A DNA stretch of 64,000 nt, taken from a virus. Taxonomy: Duplodnaviria; Heunggongvirae; Uroviricota; Caudoviricetes. The stretch lies in IMG/VR virus record IMGVR_UViG_3300028888_000044, positions 195,539-259,538 of that record; one strand, 5' to 3'. Both the position numbers and the translations under genes were made by a program. Below the pieces are notes generated by a model, which was not told the origin of the DNA, did no database searches, and was given only the letters and a program-made list of their open reading frames with translations. This document shows positions 10,901-21,222 of the stretch, piece by piece. How positions within the stretch are numbered: position 1 is the stretch's first letter; each line of letters opens with the position of its first letter.

Positions 10901-13900
10901 TTACAATGGTTATAAAAGATGTGAATGGACGTAGAAAATATAACTTCTTAAAGAGAGATGGTACTTTGATTAGTCCAGAAATATGGTTTGATGAAGCTTC
11001 AGATTTTGGTTGTCTTAAATGGACAACTGTATATATCGGTTCCAAATTGTATAAGTTGACAATTGACGGTGAATTGATAAAATACAAAGATGAAGATGAA
11101 GAGCCATCAATAACATTTGATGAAAATGGCAACGTTATTGAAGAAAACAAAAATCTTCTCACAGAAGACCAGAAGAGAACTATTAGAAACAAGATAGCAA
11201 GAGGTATCGTAGCAATTACAAACCTTGATATTAATAGCCAAGAAGTACAAACATTGGTTGATGAAGTTTGGAATACATATGTCAAGCATCCAATTGAAGG
11301 TGAAAAACGCCAGAATGATGAGATTACTGTAATCAATCAGCTTGTGGGCAGATTGATTCCTTATGTTATTCGAATGCGTCAAGATGGTTCATTTTATGTT
11401 AATAACAATAAACGTATTCACGACAGTTGGGAGAATTTGATACAAACCCAAAGGCAAAATAGGGAAACAAGACAATGGCAAGACAATCAGAGCTTGACTT
11501 ATTGGGGTATTAATAAAAAGTACAATGATGCTGTACAAGCAGCACAATATCAAAACAACAACAACAAATATCATTATAGCGTTTTTAAGGTTGATGGTTA
11601 CGGTATTCCAATCAAAGGCTTGGGAATGACAGTTAAAAGCCTTGGTAACTATACTGGCGGTGAAGGTGCAGTACCATTGTGCTATACACAAAGTGACGGT
11701 ACATATAATAACTATACTAGCACCAATAGGGATACTATGTATGCATTATTGAGAGATGGATGGCAAGCCGAACAATGTAAAATCGGTAAAGGTTATCCAT
11801 TGGATAGCTACGGCCTTTCTATGATATTCGTCATAATAAACCATAATGGAAAGATAACAACTAGCAATGTAAGGTGGAATCACGGACCTAAGAGATATTC
11901 AAGAAGTGTTGATAATATATTCACTTATAAGGAATTGACAGATATTGTTGGTAGCGATGTAATGAACCAAATTAGAGCACAAGTTGAAGTTGATAAATCT
12001 ATTCAAATGACATATGAGGTAGAGAAACAATTGAATGATGGTGAAGAGCTTGAAGATATATTTGATGAGTTGGAAATACAAGATGATAAAGATGTAATTA
12101 TTGTCAGATTCAATTGGTATTATAACTTACTTGTTATTAACAAGGAAAATATGTACTTACTGTCAGATGAATGGTTTGACCATATTAGTAGAGTTAATGA
12201 TGACGTTTTTTGTGTAAAAAAAGGTACACAATATAATATAATGAAAACAGATGGCTCATATTTGTTTGACGAATGGTTGGAGGATGCTTTTGTTAATAAA
12301 ATTAAAGGTCAGAATTGTGTTACAATTTGCAAAGACCACGTTTACAATATATTATTACAAGATGGGACATATCTTTTTGATGAAGGATACTCTTTTGTAG
12401 GTATATTTAAAAATGGTTGTGTAAGGGTTGAAAAGTTGTACAATGGTACACCATTGTGTAATTTAGCAGATGAAAACGGAAAGCTTATATGGGACAAACC
12501 AGTTGAATTATGGTTTAGTTGTGTTTCTAATAAGTATCCAGGATTATATCCAGTACGTATTGTAAATAAACATAATTTATTAAGAAGTGATGGTACATTG
12601 CTTTTGAATACAACAGATGTAAATGAATGGTTTACTACTTTGTATTATCATTATGCTTACGAGTTATACTTTGTGAGAAAAAATAGAAAGTGGAATCTCA
12701 TTACTAAAGACGGTAAAATATTATGGGACAAACCAGAAAATTTATGGTTTGATAAAATAGAACCAGAAGGAAGTTCGTGGGGTTTTGCTGTCAAAAAGGG
12801 TACTAAATGGAATTACATGCGGTATGACGGTACATTAATATGGAATCATGAGAATCCGAGAAAATGGTTCGATTCGGTAGCAGTGTCAGATGACGAGTGC
12901 GATGCTATTGTATGTAAAAAAGGTGTAAAATATATACTGTATAGACATGGTGAACTTTATGAAAGAGATGATTACGGTGATTATGTAGAAGTAATTGATT
13001 TTGCAAATAATGGTAAACCAATATATGCTGATGAGTCTACATTAATCAAAGAATCTCTCAAAGAATATATAAAGGAAAACTATCAAATGCTTGTTGAAGG
13101 CAGTACAATCAAGACTATCAGAAACAAGATTGCTAGAAGCATTAGTGCTGCAATTGGAGCTGATATGAATGATGAACAAGTTCAACGTTTGACAGACGAT
13201 GTTTGGAACACATATGTTGTTGCACACAATAGGCAGAATAGGGAATATACAGCAATCAACAAGAACATTGAAAGACTTATACCATATGTGCTTAAGAAGA
13301 ATTCAGACCATACGTATGAAATAAGGAAGACAAGCAGAATCAAGAACGGTTTTGAGGCATTGATTCAAGCCCAACGCGAAAATATGGAAGCGCAGATACT
13401 TGACAAGCATAACAATAGTCTATTCTCTTGGTATGCTGACAAGTCATACAATGATGCAGTTGAAAATGCCAAGAAAGAAGTATATGAAGCAGACCATATT
13501 TATAGTGCCTATAAGATTGAAGACTACGATATTCCAATCGAAGGTTTAGGAATGACAGTTAAAGAACTTGGTCAGCATACTGGTGGTGAAAATACTGCAC
13601 CATTGTGTTATACACAAAAGGAAGATACATATAACCAATTTACGCATGGTAATGCATACACGATGTATGCTTTGCTTCGAGAAGGATGGCAAGATGAGCC
13701 TTGCGAAGAGACAGAAGGGTATCCATATGACAGTTATGGGTTGTCAATGATATTCGTTATAATTGATACAGAAGACGAAATTAAATTCAGCAATGTTAGG
13801 TGGAATCACGGAGACCATTCATATCCAAGAGTTGACGAAATGTTCACATATCAATCTCTTACAAAGGTAGTTGGTAGTAAAATAATGAATTACATATGCG

Positions 13901-16900
13901 CTAATCATAAATTTGCAGTAGATTATTCTTTAACTTTAACCAAAGAGTTTGAAGAAGACAAGTCAAATAATAATTTGAATGGTAGAAAATATGAGATTGA
14001 CACTGATGAATATGACGGTTATAGGATTATAAGACGTAGAGTATATGGGAGTGCTGTCATGTGTTATAATTATGTTGATTCAAACTTGGGCTTGTTGACA
14101 CATAGATGGTTTTATTCTGCGTACAGATTTGACAATGGTTGCGCTGTAGTAAGAAGCCTTAGTAATCAAAAGTATAACATATTAAGGACTGACGGTACAT
14201 TTGTATGGGACAAACCAGAAGATGAATGGTTTACATATGCTTTCATATATTATGGAAGAACAGATTATATTATGGTTAGAGATGAAAATGGGAATTATAA
14301 TCTTCTAACACAAGATGGTCATTTGTTCCTTGACAAGTGGGTTCAAGCCATTGAACCTTTTGATTCGAATGGTGTTGCTAGAATACGTATTGATAACAAG
14401 CTTAACTATATACGAACAGACAAAACATTTGTTTGGGATAAACCTCATAACGAATGGTTTGATGGCTTGGATAGAGACAAATTCCAGAATGGTATAGCAA
14501 AGGTATTCATTGATGGTAATCCTTTCTATTTGGATTTGAATGGTAATCTGTCTAAAACACCACATCAAAACACAGCCCTAATGGAGTCAATAAAGAAGAA
14601 TTTCTTGTTGCTCACAGAAGACCAGAAAAAGACAATTCGTAACAAGATAGCAAGAGGTATCGCAGCTATTACACAAATGGACGTTGCAAGTCAAAAGGTT
14701 CAGTCACTGACTGATGAAGTATGGAATGCTTATGTTGTTCATCCAGTTGAAGGTGAGAAACGTCAGAATGACGAGATTACTGTTATAAATCAACTTATAG
14801 ACAGATTGATTCCATATGTCTTGAAGCAAAATGATTCTGAAAATTACTTTATAAGCAACAATCCAAGAATACATAAAAGTTGGGAGAACTTGATACAAAC
14901 TCAACGTCAGAATAGAAAAACACAAGTATGGCAAGACAACGAAAACCTATTGTATTGGAATACAAAACAAGCTTATGGCTCGTTAAAGTCAGACCCTTAC
15001 TTTAGTGGGCAATATCATTATACTGTTTACAAGGTAGAAGACTACAATACACCAATTGAAGGCTTGGGAATGACTGTTACAAAACTTGGCAAGTATACTG
15101 GTGGACAAGGTGCTGTACCTTTGTGCTATACACAATCTCAAGGTACATATAACATTTACACAAACAGCAACAAATTCAATATGTATGCATTGTTGCGCGA
15201 TGGATGGCAAGATGAACCTTGTGAAATTGGAGAGGGTTATCCATTAGACAGTTACGGATTATCAATGATATTTGTAATTGTGTCCCCTAATGGAGGTATT
15301 GAATACAGTAACGTTAGGTGGAATCACGGACCTAAACAATACACAAGACGAGTTGATAATATTTTCACAATCAAACAATTAGCACAAATTGTAGGAAGTT
15401 ACGTTGTAAACCAAATTGGAATTAATAACAATATTAATTCTACACAACTCACATATGAAGTTGAAGATAAGTTAGCACGAGGTATCGATTGGTTACAAAT
15501 ATTCCAAACATGTCATAGAAATTGGAACAATGTATATGAAGTGAGTTATAAAGGACAACAAAATATCATTGACAGTGAAGGTATATTGCTTAGTGATATT
15601 TGGTTTGATAGAGTTCAAGCAATGGATGATTATTTCATTGTTAAAAAAGAAAACCTATACAATCTGTTACGCTTAGATGGTACTTTCATTTGGAATAAAC
15701 CATTAGATGAATGGTTTACAAATGAGCCACTAGAATTTAGAGAAGGTTACACTAGGATTAAAGTTAATGGAAGGGCTAATCTGCTAGGTAAAGATGGACA
15801 ATTGCTATTACCTTATGAAGACATTAGTCAGTGGCCTTCACGCATTGGTATGATGAAGAATAGTTTGGCTGTGGTAGGATGTGATAATGGCAAACGTAAT
15901 TTTATCAATAGAGAAGGAAAATACATTTGGAATAAACCGATAGAACAATGGTTTGATTGGACTGACAGAGTTGACCATTTTACAGATTATATATATGTCG
16001 AAAGGGAATTTGACGAGGATGAATTTGGTAACTTACTTAGACTCGATGGTACGTTGGTTTGGGATAAAGAAGACCCACACGAATGGTTTGATTCGGTTTA
16101 CTATGATGATGTTTATTTTATGGAAAAGGGTTTTGTTAAAGTACAAAAAAACAACAAAGAATTAATGTTAAGCCTTACTAATGGTACATTGCATACTATT
16201 GAAGAGTATAAAAAGATACAGCAACAACTTAATGAGAATACCAATCTGCTAACAGAAGACCAAGAACGTACAATTCGCAATAAGATTGCGCGTGGTGTCG
16301 CAACCATTACACAAAAGGATGTTGCAAGCCAAGATGTTCAATCGATGACTGACGAAATATGGAATGTTTATGTTAAACATCCAATTGAAGGCGAGAAGCG
16401 ACAGAATGACGAGGTTTGGGCAATCAATACAGTGATTAGTCGTTTGATACCATATGTAGTCAAACAAAATGAGGAAGGTAATTTCTTTGTAAACAAGAAC
16501 TCAAGGATTAAGGATGCCTTTGAGAATTTGATACAAGCGCAAAGGAGAGAGCAGCAGTCAAAGAAACAGTTGTGGAATAACGATGAAAGTTTGACCTATT
16601 GGAACGTAAATAGGAAGTATAATGATGCAATTGATGTAGTAAATCAAAAACAAACTGTAGGTAAATACAATTATTCCATTTATAAGGTTAATGGTTATGA
16701 TACTCCAATTGAAGGATTGGGAATGACTGTTAAACAACTTGGCAAGTATACTGGTGGCCAAGGTGCTGTACCACTGTGTTATACTCAATCTGAAGATACA
16801 TATAACCAATATACATACGGCAACAAATACAATATGTATGCTTTATTGCGTGATGGATGGCAAGATGAACCTTGTGAGATTGGAGAAGGTTATCCATTGG

Positions 16901-17802
16901 ACAGTTACGGATTGTCAATGATATTTGTAATTGTAGATAATAAAAACAATGTGGTATACAATAATGTAAGATGGAACCACGGTCCAAAAGGTTATCCAAG
17001 ACGAGTTGATAATATTTTCTCTTATCAAGAATTGTGCGAAATTGTTGGTAGTAATGTAATTAGACAAATAGGAATTGTTAGTGATGAAATAGACAAGTCA
17101 TTGAGGCTAACTCAGTATGTCGAACAAAAATTACAAGAAAAAGTCCCATTATTTGATATATGTAGTGATTGTAGGAAAGTGTTTGGTACTGATTATTACA
17201 AATTTAAGTTAGATGGACTAGAAAATATAATTGATAAACAAGGTAATTTGTTGTCTGATTATTGGTTTGAAAATATTGATTATTGGGGTAATGGATTCTT
17301 TAGAGTTGCCAATAACCATAAGTATAATTTTATACTGCCAAATGGTAGTTTTGTCATTGATAATAAAGATACTTCTCAATGGTTTGAATATGTTGGTACT
17401 TTTTATTATAGCAATAGTGCGGTTACAGTAAAATTAAATGATAAATATAACTACATACGATATGATGGCGCATATGTATGGGACAAGCCTTGGGAAGAAT
17501 GGTTTGATGATGCAACTAGTTTTGATGATAAGGATGGAGTTGTAGACGCTTTTGTATATAAAAAGTCTGAAATTGATGATACACTGAAAGCTAATATAAT
17601 ATTGGTTGATGGAACATTAATGTTTAACGAATGGGTTAGTGAAGACGATTTTCACGAAGATGAAAATGGTAACGAAGTTTGCCAAGTAACTAAAAACGGC
17701 AAATACAATTTGTTGGACATAAGTGGATATTTAAAATATAGAAATTTTATGGATTTTGATGATTTCAAGAAGGTTTATCCGAAAGCTGTTTTACAACAGT
17801 AA
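7954..17802 (+). CDS. giant six-module repeat protein: conserved C...DxYG...RWNH core plus WG beta-repeats
   Basis: Six copies of PIEGLGMT..PLCYTQ..DSYGLSMIFV..RWNHG, each followed by WG-type repeats (WFD.A..F..G.A.V....NY...DG); ATG at 7954 preferred to TTG at 7933. Confidence 0.9.
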   Translation: MKYNNIISESLRDYVRQSLITEEDSRIKGTKNAIKRCVATIIKEDINSENVQNLSSEIWNYYVVKPIAGENRQLDEYIAIRNNSTILVKSVVKYDNWDDEFYVLKYKRLRDNFERLIQSQRIDNKSSIIDNEKGNIHHWATNRQVEDLKASENTNNGRYKYTAYKIDDYDTPIEGLGMTIIELGMYTGGQGSVPLCYTQSEDTYNQYTDDNKYAIYALLRDGWQDEPCEIGENYPLDSYGLSMIFVIVDDKNKVVYNNVRWNHGPQHYSRDVDHILSFTELNDIVGSSLMHKIGVQNEMDKSFSLTKDVESRLQQGESPSQIFDSFNEYDLRYNRLARVKYKGMYNYLTSNYDIFSDIWFDSAYSFREGVAMVEINRLRNYLKEDGTFVYNKPIDEWLDYAFPFSDGLACVEVNFKYNFMRKDGSMLLDKWYDNAVPFDDGYGTVCDDKKWNVIDTKGNFMWEEFKFVDCRILFPPNEFGCYNVSTTNGWNYLNKNLQPMSKEYFDNCLYMEKLKNDFVIIRTTIKPFKYIGTDGILHDEPQDLTPIISNNNPSMLTEDRKQQIRSIRNKIRDVIIRKTSVLKNFDQSKIEQLVDDVWNKYVEHPNNGEKRQNDEITIINQNIQRFVPFVISTRDGNVEIVKTRKLSNCWENFIQAQKQNKGVDLLGDDNIVYWNAKNEYDEALKSVRNTEYEGSYNYTAYKIDDYDTPIEGLGMTLQELGLYTGGQGAVPLCYTQSDDTYYDYTMDGNYNMYALLRDGWKGEKCEIGKDYPLDSYGLSMIFVIVNNNGYIKNSNVRWNHGPEHYTRSVDHILSYNELAKLVGSNIMKQIGSNYDVDNISLRLTFNVEQAQAEGASIYDIVEDTFEWFEGFQMIKYNDKYNFIDESEELLCDDWFDGGGDFKNGYARVCKEDKWNLIDRNGNFVWPYEDPNEWFDLVWEFEYGFAKVTKNGMENVMRTDGTLVWNTLNTDDWFNFVYPFRDKVTMVIKDVNGRRKYNFLKRDGTLISPEIWFDEASDFGCLKWTTVYIGSKLYKLTIDGELIKYKDEDEEPSITFDENGNVIEENKNLLTEDQKRTIRNKIARGIVAITNLDINSQEVQTLVDEVWNTYVKHPIEGEKRQNDEITVINQLVGRLIPYVIRMRQDGSFYVNNNKRIHDSWENLIQTQRQNRETRQWQDNQSLTYWGINKKYNDAVQAAQYQNNNNKYHYSVFKVDGYGIPIKGLGMTVKSLGNYTGGEGAVPLCYTQSDGTYNNYTSTNRDTMYALLRDGWQAEQCKIGKGYPLDSYGLSMIFVIINHNGKITTSNVRWNHGPKRYSRSVDNIFTYKELTDIVGSDVMNQIRAQVEVDKSIQMTYEVEKQLNDGEELEDIFDELEIQDDKDVIIVRFNWYYNLLVINKENMYLLSDEWFDHISRVNDDVFCVKKGTQYNIMKTDGSYLFDEWLEDAFVNKIKGQNCVTICKDHVYNILLQDGTYLFDEGYSFVGIFKNGCVRVEKLYNGTPLCNLADENGKLIWDKPVELWFSCVSNKYPGLYPVRIVNKHNLLRSDGTLLLNTTDVNEWFTTLYYHYAYELYFVRKNRKWNLITKDGKILWDKPENLWFDKIEPEGSSWGFAVKKGTKWNYMRYDGTLIWNHENPRKWFDSVAVSDDECDAIVCKKGVKYILYRHGELYERDDYGDYVEVIDFANNGKPIYADESTLIKESLKEYIKENYQMLVEGSTIKTIRNKIARSISAAIGADMNDEQVQRLTDDVWNTYVVAHNRQNREYTAINKNIERLIPYVLKKNSDHTYEIRKTSRIKNGFEALIQAQRENMEAQILDKHNNSLFSWYADKSYNDAVENAKKEVYEADHIYSAYKIEDYDIPIEGLGMTVKELGQHTGGENTAPLCYTQKEDTYNQFTHGNAYTMYALLREGWQDEPCEETEGYPYDSYGLSMIFVIIDTEDEIKFSNVRWNHGDHSYPRVDEMFTYQSLTKVVGSKIMNYICANHKFAVDYSLTLTKEFEEDKSNNNLNGRKYEIDTDEYDGYRIIRRRVYGSAVMCYNYVDSNLGLLTHRWFYSAYRFDNGCAVVRSLSNQKYNILRTDGTFVWDKPEDEWFTYAFIYYGRTDYIMVRDENGNYNLLTQDGHLFLDKWVQAIEPFDSNGVARIRIDNKLNYIRTDKTFVWDKPHNEWFDGLDRDKFQNGIAKVFIDGNPFYLDLNGNLSKTPHQNTALMESIKKNFLLLTEDQKKTIRNKIARGIAAITQMDVASQKVQSLTDEVWNAYVVHPVEGEKRQNDEITVINQLIDRLIPYVLKQNDSENYFISNNPRIHKSWENLIQTQRQNRKTQVWQDNENLLYWNTKQAYGSLKSDPYFSGQYHYTVYKVEDYNTPIEGLGMTVTKLGKYTGGQGAVPLCYTQSQGTYNIYTNSNKFNMYALLRDGWQDEPCEIGEGYPLDSYGLSMIFVIVSPNGGIEYSNVRWNHGPKQYTRRVDNIFTIKQLAQIVGSYVVNQIGINNNINSTQLTYEVEDKLARGIDWLQIFQTCHRNWNNVYEVSYKGQQNIIDSEGILLSDIWFDRVQAMDDYFIVKKENLYNLLRLDGTFIWNKPLDEWFTNEPLEFREGYTRIKVNGRANLLGKDGQLLLPYEDISQWPSRIGMMKNSLAVVGCDNGKRNFINREGKYIWNKPIEQWFDWTDRVDHFTDYIYVEREFDEDEFGNLLRLDGTLVWDKEDPHEWFDSVYYDDVYFMEKGFVKVQKNNKELMLSLTNGTLHTIEEYKKIQQQLNENTNLLTEDQERTIRNKIARGVATITQKDVASQDVQSMTDEIWNVYVKHPIEGEKRQNDEVWAINTVISRLIPYVVKQNEEGNFFVNKNSRIKDAFENLIQAQRREQQSKKQLWNNDESLTYWNVNRKYNDAIDVVNQKQTVGKYNYSIYKVNGYDTPIEGLGMTVKQLGKYTGGQGAVPLCYTQSEDTYNQYTYGNKYNMYALLRDGWQDEPCEIGEGYPLDSYGLSMIFVIVDNKNNVVYNNVRWNHGPKGYPRRVDNIFSYQELCEIVGSNVIRQIGIVSDEIDKSLRLTQYVEQKLQEKVPLFDICSDCRKVFGTDYYKFKLDGLENIIDKQGNLLSDYWFENIDYWGNGFFRVANNHKYNFILPNGSFVIDNKDTSQWFEYVGTFYYSNSAVTVKLNDKYNYIRYDGAYVWDKPWEEWFDDATSFDDKDGVVDAFVYKKSEIDDTLKANIILVDGTLMFNEWVSEDDFHEDENGNEVCQVTKNGKYNLLDISGYLKYRNFMDFDDFKKVYPKAVLQQ
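8443..16983 (+). repeat. six ~300-bp dispersed direct repeats within the giant gene (cores near 8443, 10054, 11584, 13510, 15028, 16681)
   Basis: Near-identical DNA such as ccaattgaagg.ttgggaatgac and tggacagtta.gg.ct.tcaatgatatt; spacing about 1.5-1.9 kb. Confidence 0.9.
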
Positions 17803-17828
17803 AATGTAGCATTAATACAATTAAAATG

Positions 17829-17868
17829 AAAAATCAGTTATATTTATATGTATAACTGATTTTTTTTA
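17829..17868 (+). terminator. intrinsic terminator hairpin overlapping a TATTTAT motif
   Basis: AAAAATCAGTTATA...TATAACTGATTTTTTT. Confidence 0.75.
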
Positions 17869-17881
17869 TATTATTTTTATT

Positions 17882-18055
17882 ATGATAAATGAGAATAGAA
17901 TCAGACAGATTGTGTCTGAAGAAATAATGAAAGAAGAGATAAACAAGTCCGATGAAAAGAGGATTAAGGAGATTGTCGGTGATTGCATCAATGAATTGTT
18001 CAAGCAGTTATGGCAAAAGAATTCTTTCTGGAAGAGTACTATTATGAATGCATAA
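17882..18055 (+). CDS. small protein (57 aa, MINENRIRQIVSEEIMKEE...)
   Basis: Read by eye; carries the IVSEEI motif shared with other late genes. Confidence 0.65.
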   Translation: MINENRIRQIVSEEIMKEEINKSDEKRIKEIVGDCINELFKQLWQKNSFWKSTIMNA

Positions 18056-18079
18056 TAATAACTAAAAAAATGTATAAAA

Positions 18080-18436
18080 ATGAAAATTCTAATTAAAGGC
18101 GAACAGATTCAAGCTTTATTCGAGAATCGTAAGGAGATAACATATTTTTCATTTTTTACGCATTTGAAGAATTTCCTAGTTAGCTTGTTGTCTGACCCAA
18201 TCAATGCAAAGGCAAGCCAAGAATTAAGGGATTACTTGAATCTTAATGACAAGGAAATAATTGAGAAATTAATTGACTTTGATTTGCTAAGACGAGACAC
18301 AAAGATAAAAGAAACTCCAAAGGATGTTACAGCAAATGGAAAATCGAAGGTCTCTTTTTCATTGACATATTCAGTACCAAAGAAGGAGTTCAAGAATAAC
18401 GTAAAAAGGTTTTACGACAAATATGTAAATGTGTAA
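18080..18436 (+). CDS. hypothetical protein
   Basis: ORF track. Confidence 0.7.
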   Translation: MKILIKGEQIQALFENRKEITYFSFFTHLKNFLVSLLSDPINAKASQELRDYLNLNDKEIIEKLIDFDLLRRDTKIKETPKDVTANGKSKVSFSLTYSVPKKEFKNNVKRFYDKYVNV

Positions 18437-18444
18437 ATAGTATT

Positions 18445-20952
18445 ATGCGAATATATAACAAGGCATCAATCATCCTCAAGGAAAACAAGTCAGAGGAAAA
18501 GAGACGTATTGATGCGCACAACAAGACAATCAATGTTGTAAACAAATATTTCCATAATTTCAGTCCGTATCTTGATTCTATGACGGATGGTAATATTAAA
18601 ATGTCAGATTCAATCGTACAACAGATTGAAACTGATTTTTTTCATGGACTTACGTCAAAACCAGTCATAAGGATTGAACCGTTGATTGCACAAATTGCAT
18701 TGGAGTTTGGCTATGGGCAGAAAGATGCCGTACCTCAAACAAAGATGCTTATCAATTTGCGTAACATAGTACAAATTATACATACCAAGACACGCAATAT
18801 TGACAACCCATTGGATGTCCAGAAGTTGAATGCAACAACGTATGACGATTTTTACAATCTATGTTCCAAAGAATTGGAGGAACTGTATAAATTGGATGCT
18901 CAAGCAAAAAATTATAACAACAATTCAACAAATACTAACAATGGAGGATTAGAAGCTCAAATATATCAAAATACACAATATAGGATATTATCTAATGTTA
19001 CATACGACCAAGCCAATGAAATAGGAAATGAAAGTTGTCCAACAAGTAGGCTTTGTTATACACAATCATCGTCAACTTGGAAAAGTAGTAACTATTCTGA
19101 CTCTGGACGTAACAAGTGCTATGTTCTTTTGAAGGATGGGTGGGAAAATATACCAGCCGTTCATCCAAATGGTGGTTCAAGCCCATATGATGAATACGGA
19201 CTTAGTATGATATTTCTGTTTGTGTCACCACAGCCAAAGAATGATTTGGTGGCTTGCAATACGAGATGGAATCACAGAGCAACATACGAAAGTCCACATT
19301 ATACAGATATGGCACTTACAAAAGACGAAATAGCCAAGTTGCTTCACATTAATTCTTTTGAAGACGTGTTTGTCGGTTACAAAAAAGAAGAAATTGAGAC
19401 CAACAATCAATTTGATTTTTATCGCTTGAATCAAGCTATACAGAATGGTGATTATTCCTCATTAAATACACAAGAGATTAGTGACAAGTTATGGATTGTA
19501 ACATATGCAAATTATTATAATGTGATAAATTTGGTCACTAAAAAATTGGTATCAAACAGATGGTTTAACCATATAGCGTATCAATCATTTAATTATCTTT
19601 CTGTTGAAATTGATTATGAAGGGGAAAACTATTTGAACATTATGAATACTAATGGAGAGATTATTTCAAAAACGTGGTTTGATAGGTTAGATATTAATAA
19701 CGAAGAACATTATGTAGTATGCCGTAATACACAAATTCCATATACAGTGGTTTATGAAGACTCTCCAGAATTGAAAGTGTTAATTGAAGTGAATGAAGAT
19801 GCTCGTGACATAAATTTTGAAACGGAACCCCCTACAGCAGTAATTAAAGGATATGTTACATCATTAGGGCAAAATCCAAAGAAGCTAGTAAAACTTCTAA
19901 GTAGATATGATAATTTATGTAAAGCTGGTAAATTTATTGCAATAACTATAGAAGATGATGTAGAATATTATACTAATAAAGGAGAACTGATAACATCATA
20001 CTCTCAAGAATCATTAAATGAGGCTGACGATGTAGTGTCTCAAAACGGTGAATATTTAATTACACAAGATAATGAACTTGTAAGATACGATGGTAAAGTA
20101 ATTCCCACACCAAATGATGGTGAATGGTTTATATATGGCAGTTTCATAATATTCTCACATAATGTCAGCCCAAAATGTGATATTTATAATGAAGACTCGA
20201 AATGCTTGTTTAAGAACGTATACATATCTCCGTCATATACAAATGCCGACAAGAGTTATTTTGCAATGTGCGTTTATGATAGTGATTATACAAATTATGA
20301 TAAAAAAGTCAATCTTATTTTTAAAAACGGAGAGCTTCTTTTTGACCAATGGTTTGATGGAAGAATGGTTGATAATTACTGTATAGATGACTATGAATCA
20401 AGATATTATTTAATGTCTTTTGAATCTAGATTCAATGGTAAAGAACGTTGTTATTTCATAATAGATAGGTTAACAAATGATGTTGCGTTGAGTTTTATAT
20501 TTCAACACGTAAGATTTAATGTTTATAAAGACGTATTGAGTGTGAAATATAGTGCAGATGAAGGTGAGTTATATTCATTGAGCAACAGAAAATTAATAAT
20601 GAAGTGTGACCCAGCAGTTGAAGTAACTAATACTCACTACACAAACAACGTATATATGACATTTTGGACTTTAAGAGATACTATTTGTATAATGAATTGT
20701 AATACTTGTGAAATACTTATTGAAAGCAACGAATTGATTGATGCAATTTTTTATGGCGATGTTGCCGTATTTGTTTATGAAAACAACACATGCTGCTTTT
20801 ATGACTTAATACAAAATAAGCAAATATCAAGAATGTATACACATGTGCGCAAATGTTCAATGTCAACACCTAAGGTATTTACTTGCCTAGATGAAAACGA
20901 AAATACTTGGTTCTTTGATGTTGCATCAAAGAAAGAGATAGAATTAACATAA
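18445..20952 (+). CDS. single-module paralog of the giant repeat protein
   Basis: RLCYTQS..LLKDGW..PYDEYGLSMIF..NTRWNH core; degenerate WF-containing beta-repeats C-terminally. Confidence 0.85.
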   Translation: MRIYNKASIILKENKSEEKRRIDAHNKTINVVNKYFHNFSPYLDSMTDGNIKMSDSIVQQIETDFFHGLTSKPVIRIEPLIAQIALEFGYGQKDAVPQTKMLINLRNIVQIIHTKTRNIDNPLDVQKLNATTYDDFYNLCSKELEELYKLDAQAKNYNNNSTNTNNGGLEAQIYQNTQYRILSNVTYDQANEIGNESCPTSRLCYTQSSSTWKSSNYSDSGRNKCYVLLKDGWENIPAVHPNGGSSPYDEYGLSMIFLFVSPQPKNDLVACNTRWNHRATYESPHYTDMALTKDEIAKLLHINSFEDVFVGYKKEEIETNNQFDFYRLNQAIQNGDYSSLNTQEISDKLWIVTYANYYNVINLVTKKLVSNRWFNHIAYQSFNYLSVEIDYEGENYLNIMNTNGEIISKTWFDRLDINNEEHYVVCRNTQIPYTVVYEDSPELKVLIEVNEDARDINFETEPPTAVIKGYVTSLGQNPKKLVKLLSRYDNLCKAGKFIAITIEDDVEYYTNKGELITSYSQESLNEADDVVSQNGEYLITQDNELVRYDGKVIPTPNDGEWFIYGSFIIFSHNVSPKCDIYNEDSKCLFKNVYISPSYTNADKSYFAMCVYDSDYTNYDKKVNLIFKNGELLFDQWFDGRMVDNYCIDDYESRYYLMSFESRFNGKERCYFIIDRLTNDVALSFIFQHVRFNVYKDVLSVKYSADEGELYSLSNRKLIMKCDPAVEVTNTHYTNNVYMTFWTLRDTICIMNCNTCEILIESNELIDAIFYGDVAVFVYENNTCCFYDLIQNKQISRMYTHVRKCSMSTPKVFTCLDENENTWFFDVASKKEIELT

Positions 20953-20972
20953 CAAACAAAGACATATAAACA

Positions 20973-21218
20973 ATGGAAAACAAGATTAACAGAATAATCA
21001 GAGAGGAAATCGACAAGCTGATTAGCGAAATGGATGGCGGTGGTGTCGGTGGTGGCGCTGAAGGAATGGGAAGCGGTGTAAGTTCCGTAGGTGGAGCTAC
21101 CTCAACAATGAGCACTATGCAAGGAGGTGGAAGCAATCCAGACTCTGGTCAATTCATTCAACCTATGACAAAAGTACAAAGGAGAAACATATATAAACCA
21201 AAGACACAACAACCTTAA
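20973..21218 (+). CDS. small Gly-rich protein with N-terminal IIREEI motif
   Basis: ORF track. Confidence 0.7.
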   Translation: MENKINRIIREEIDKLISEMDGGGVGGGAEGMGSGVSSVGGATSTMSTMQGGGSNPDSGQFIQPMTKVQRRNIYKPKTQQP

Positions 21219-21222
21219 TATT

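Noticed and set aside
8443-16983. CRISPR array or DGR template/variable repeats
   Set aside because: Repeats are ~300-bp in-frame coding units 1.5-1.9 kb apart, differences are not adenine-specific, and no cas or reverse transcriptase gene is present in the window.
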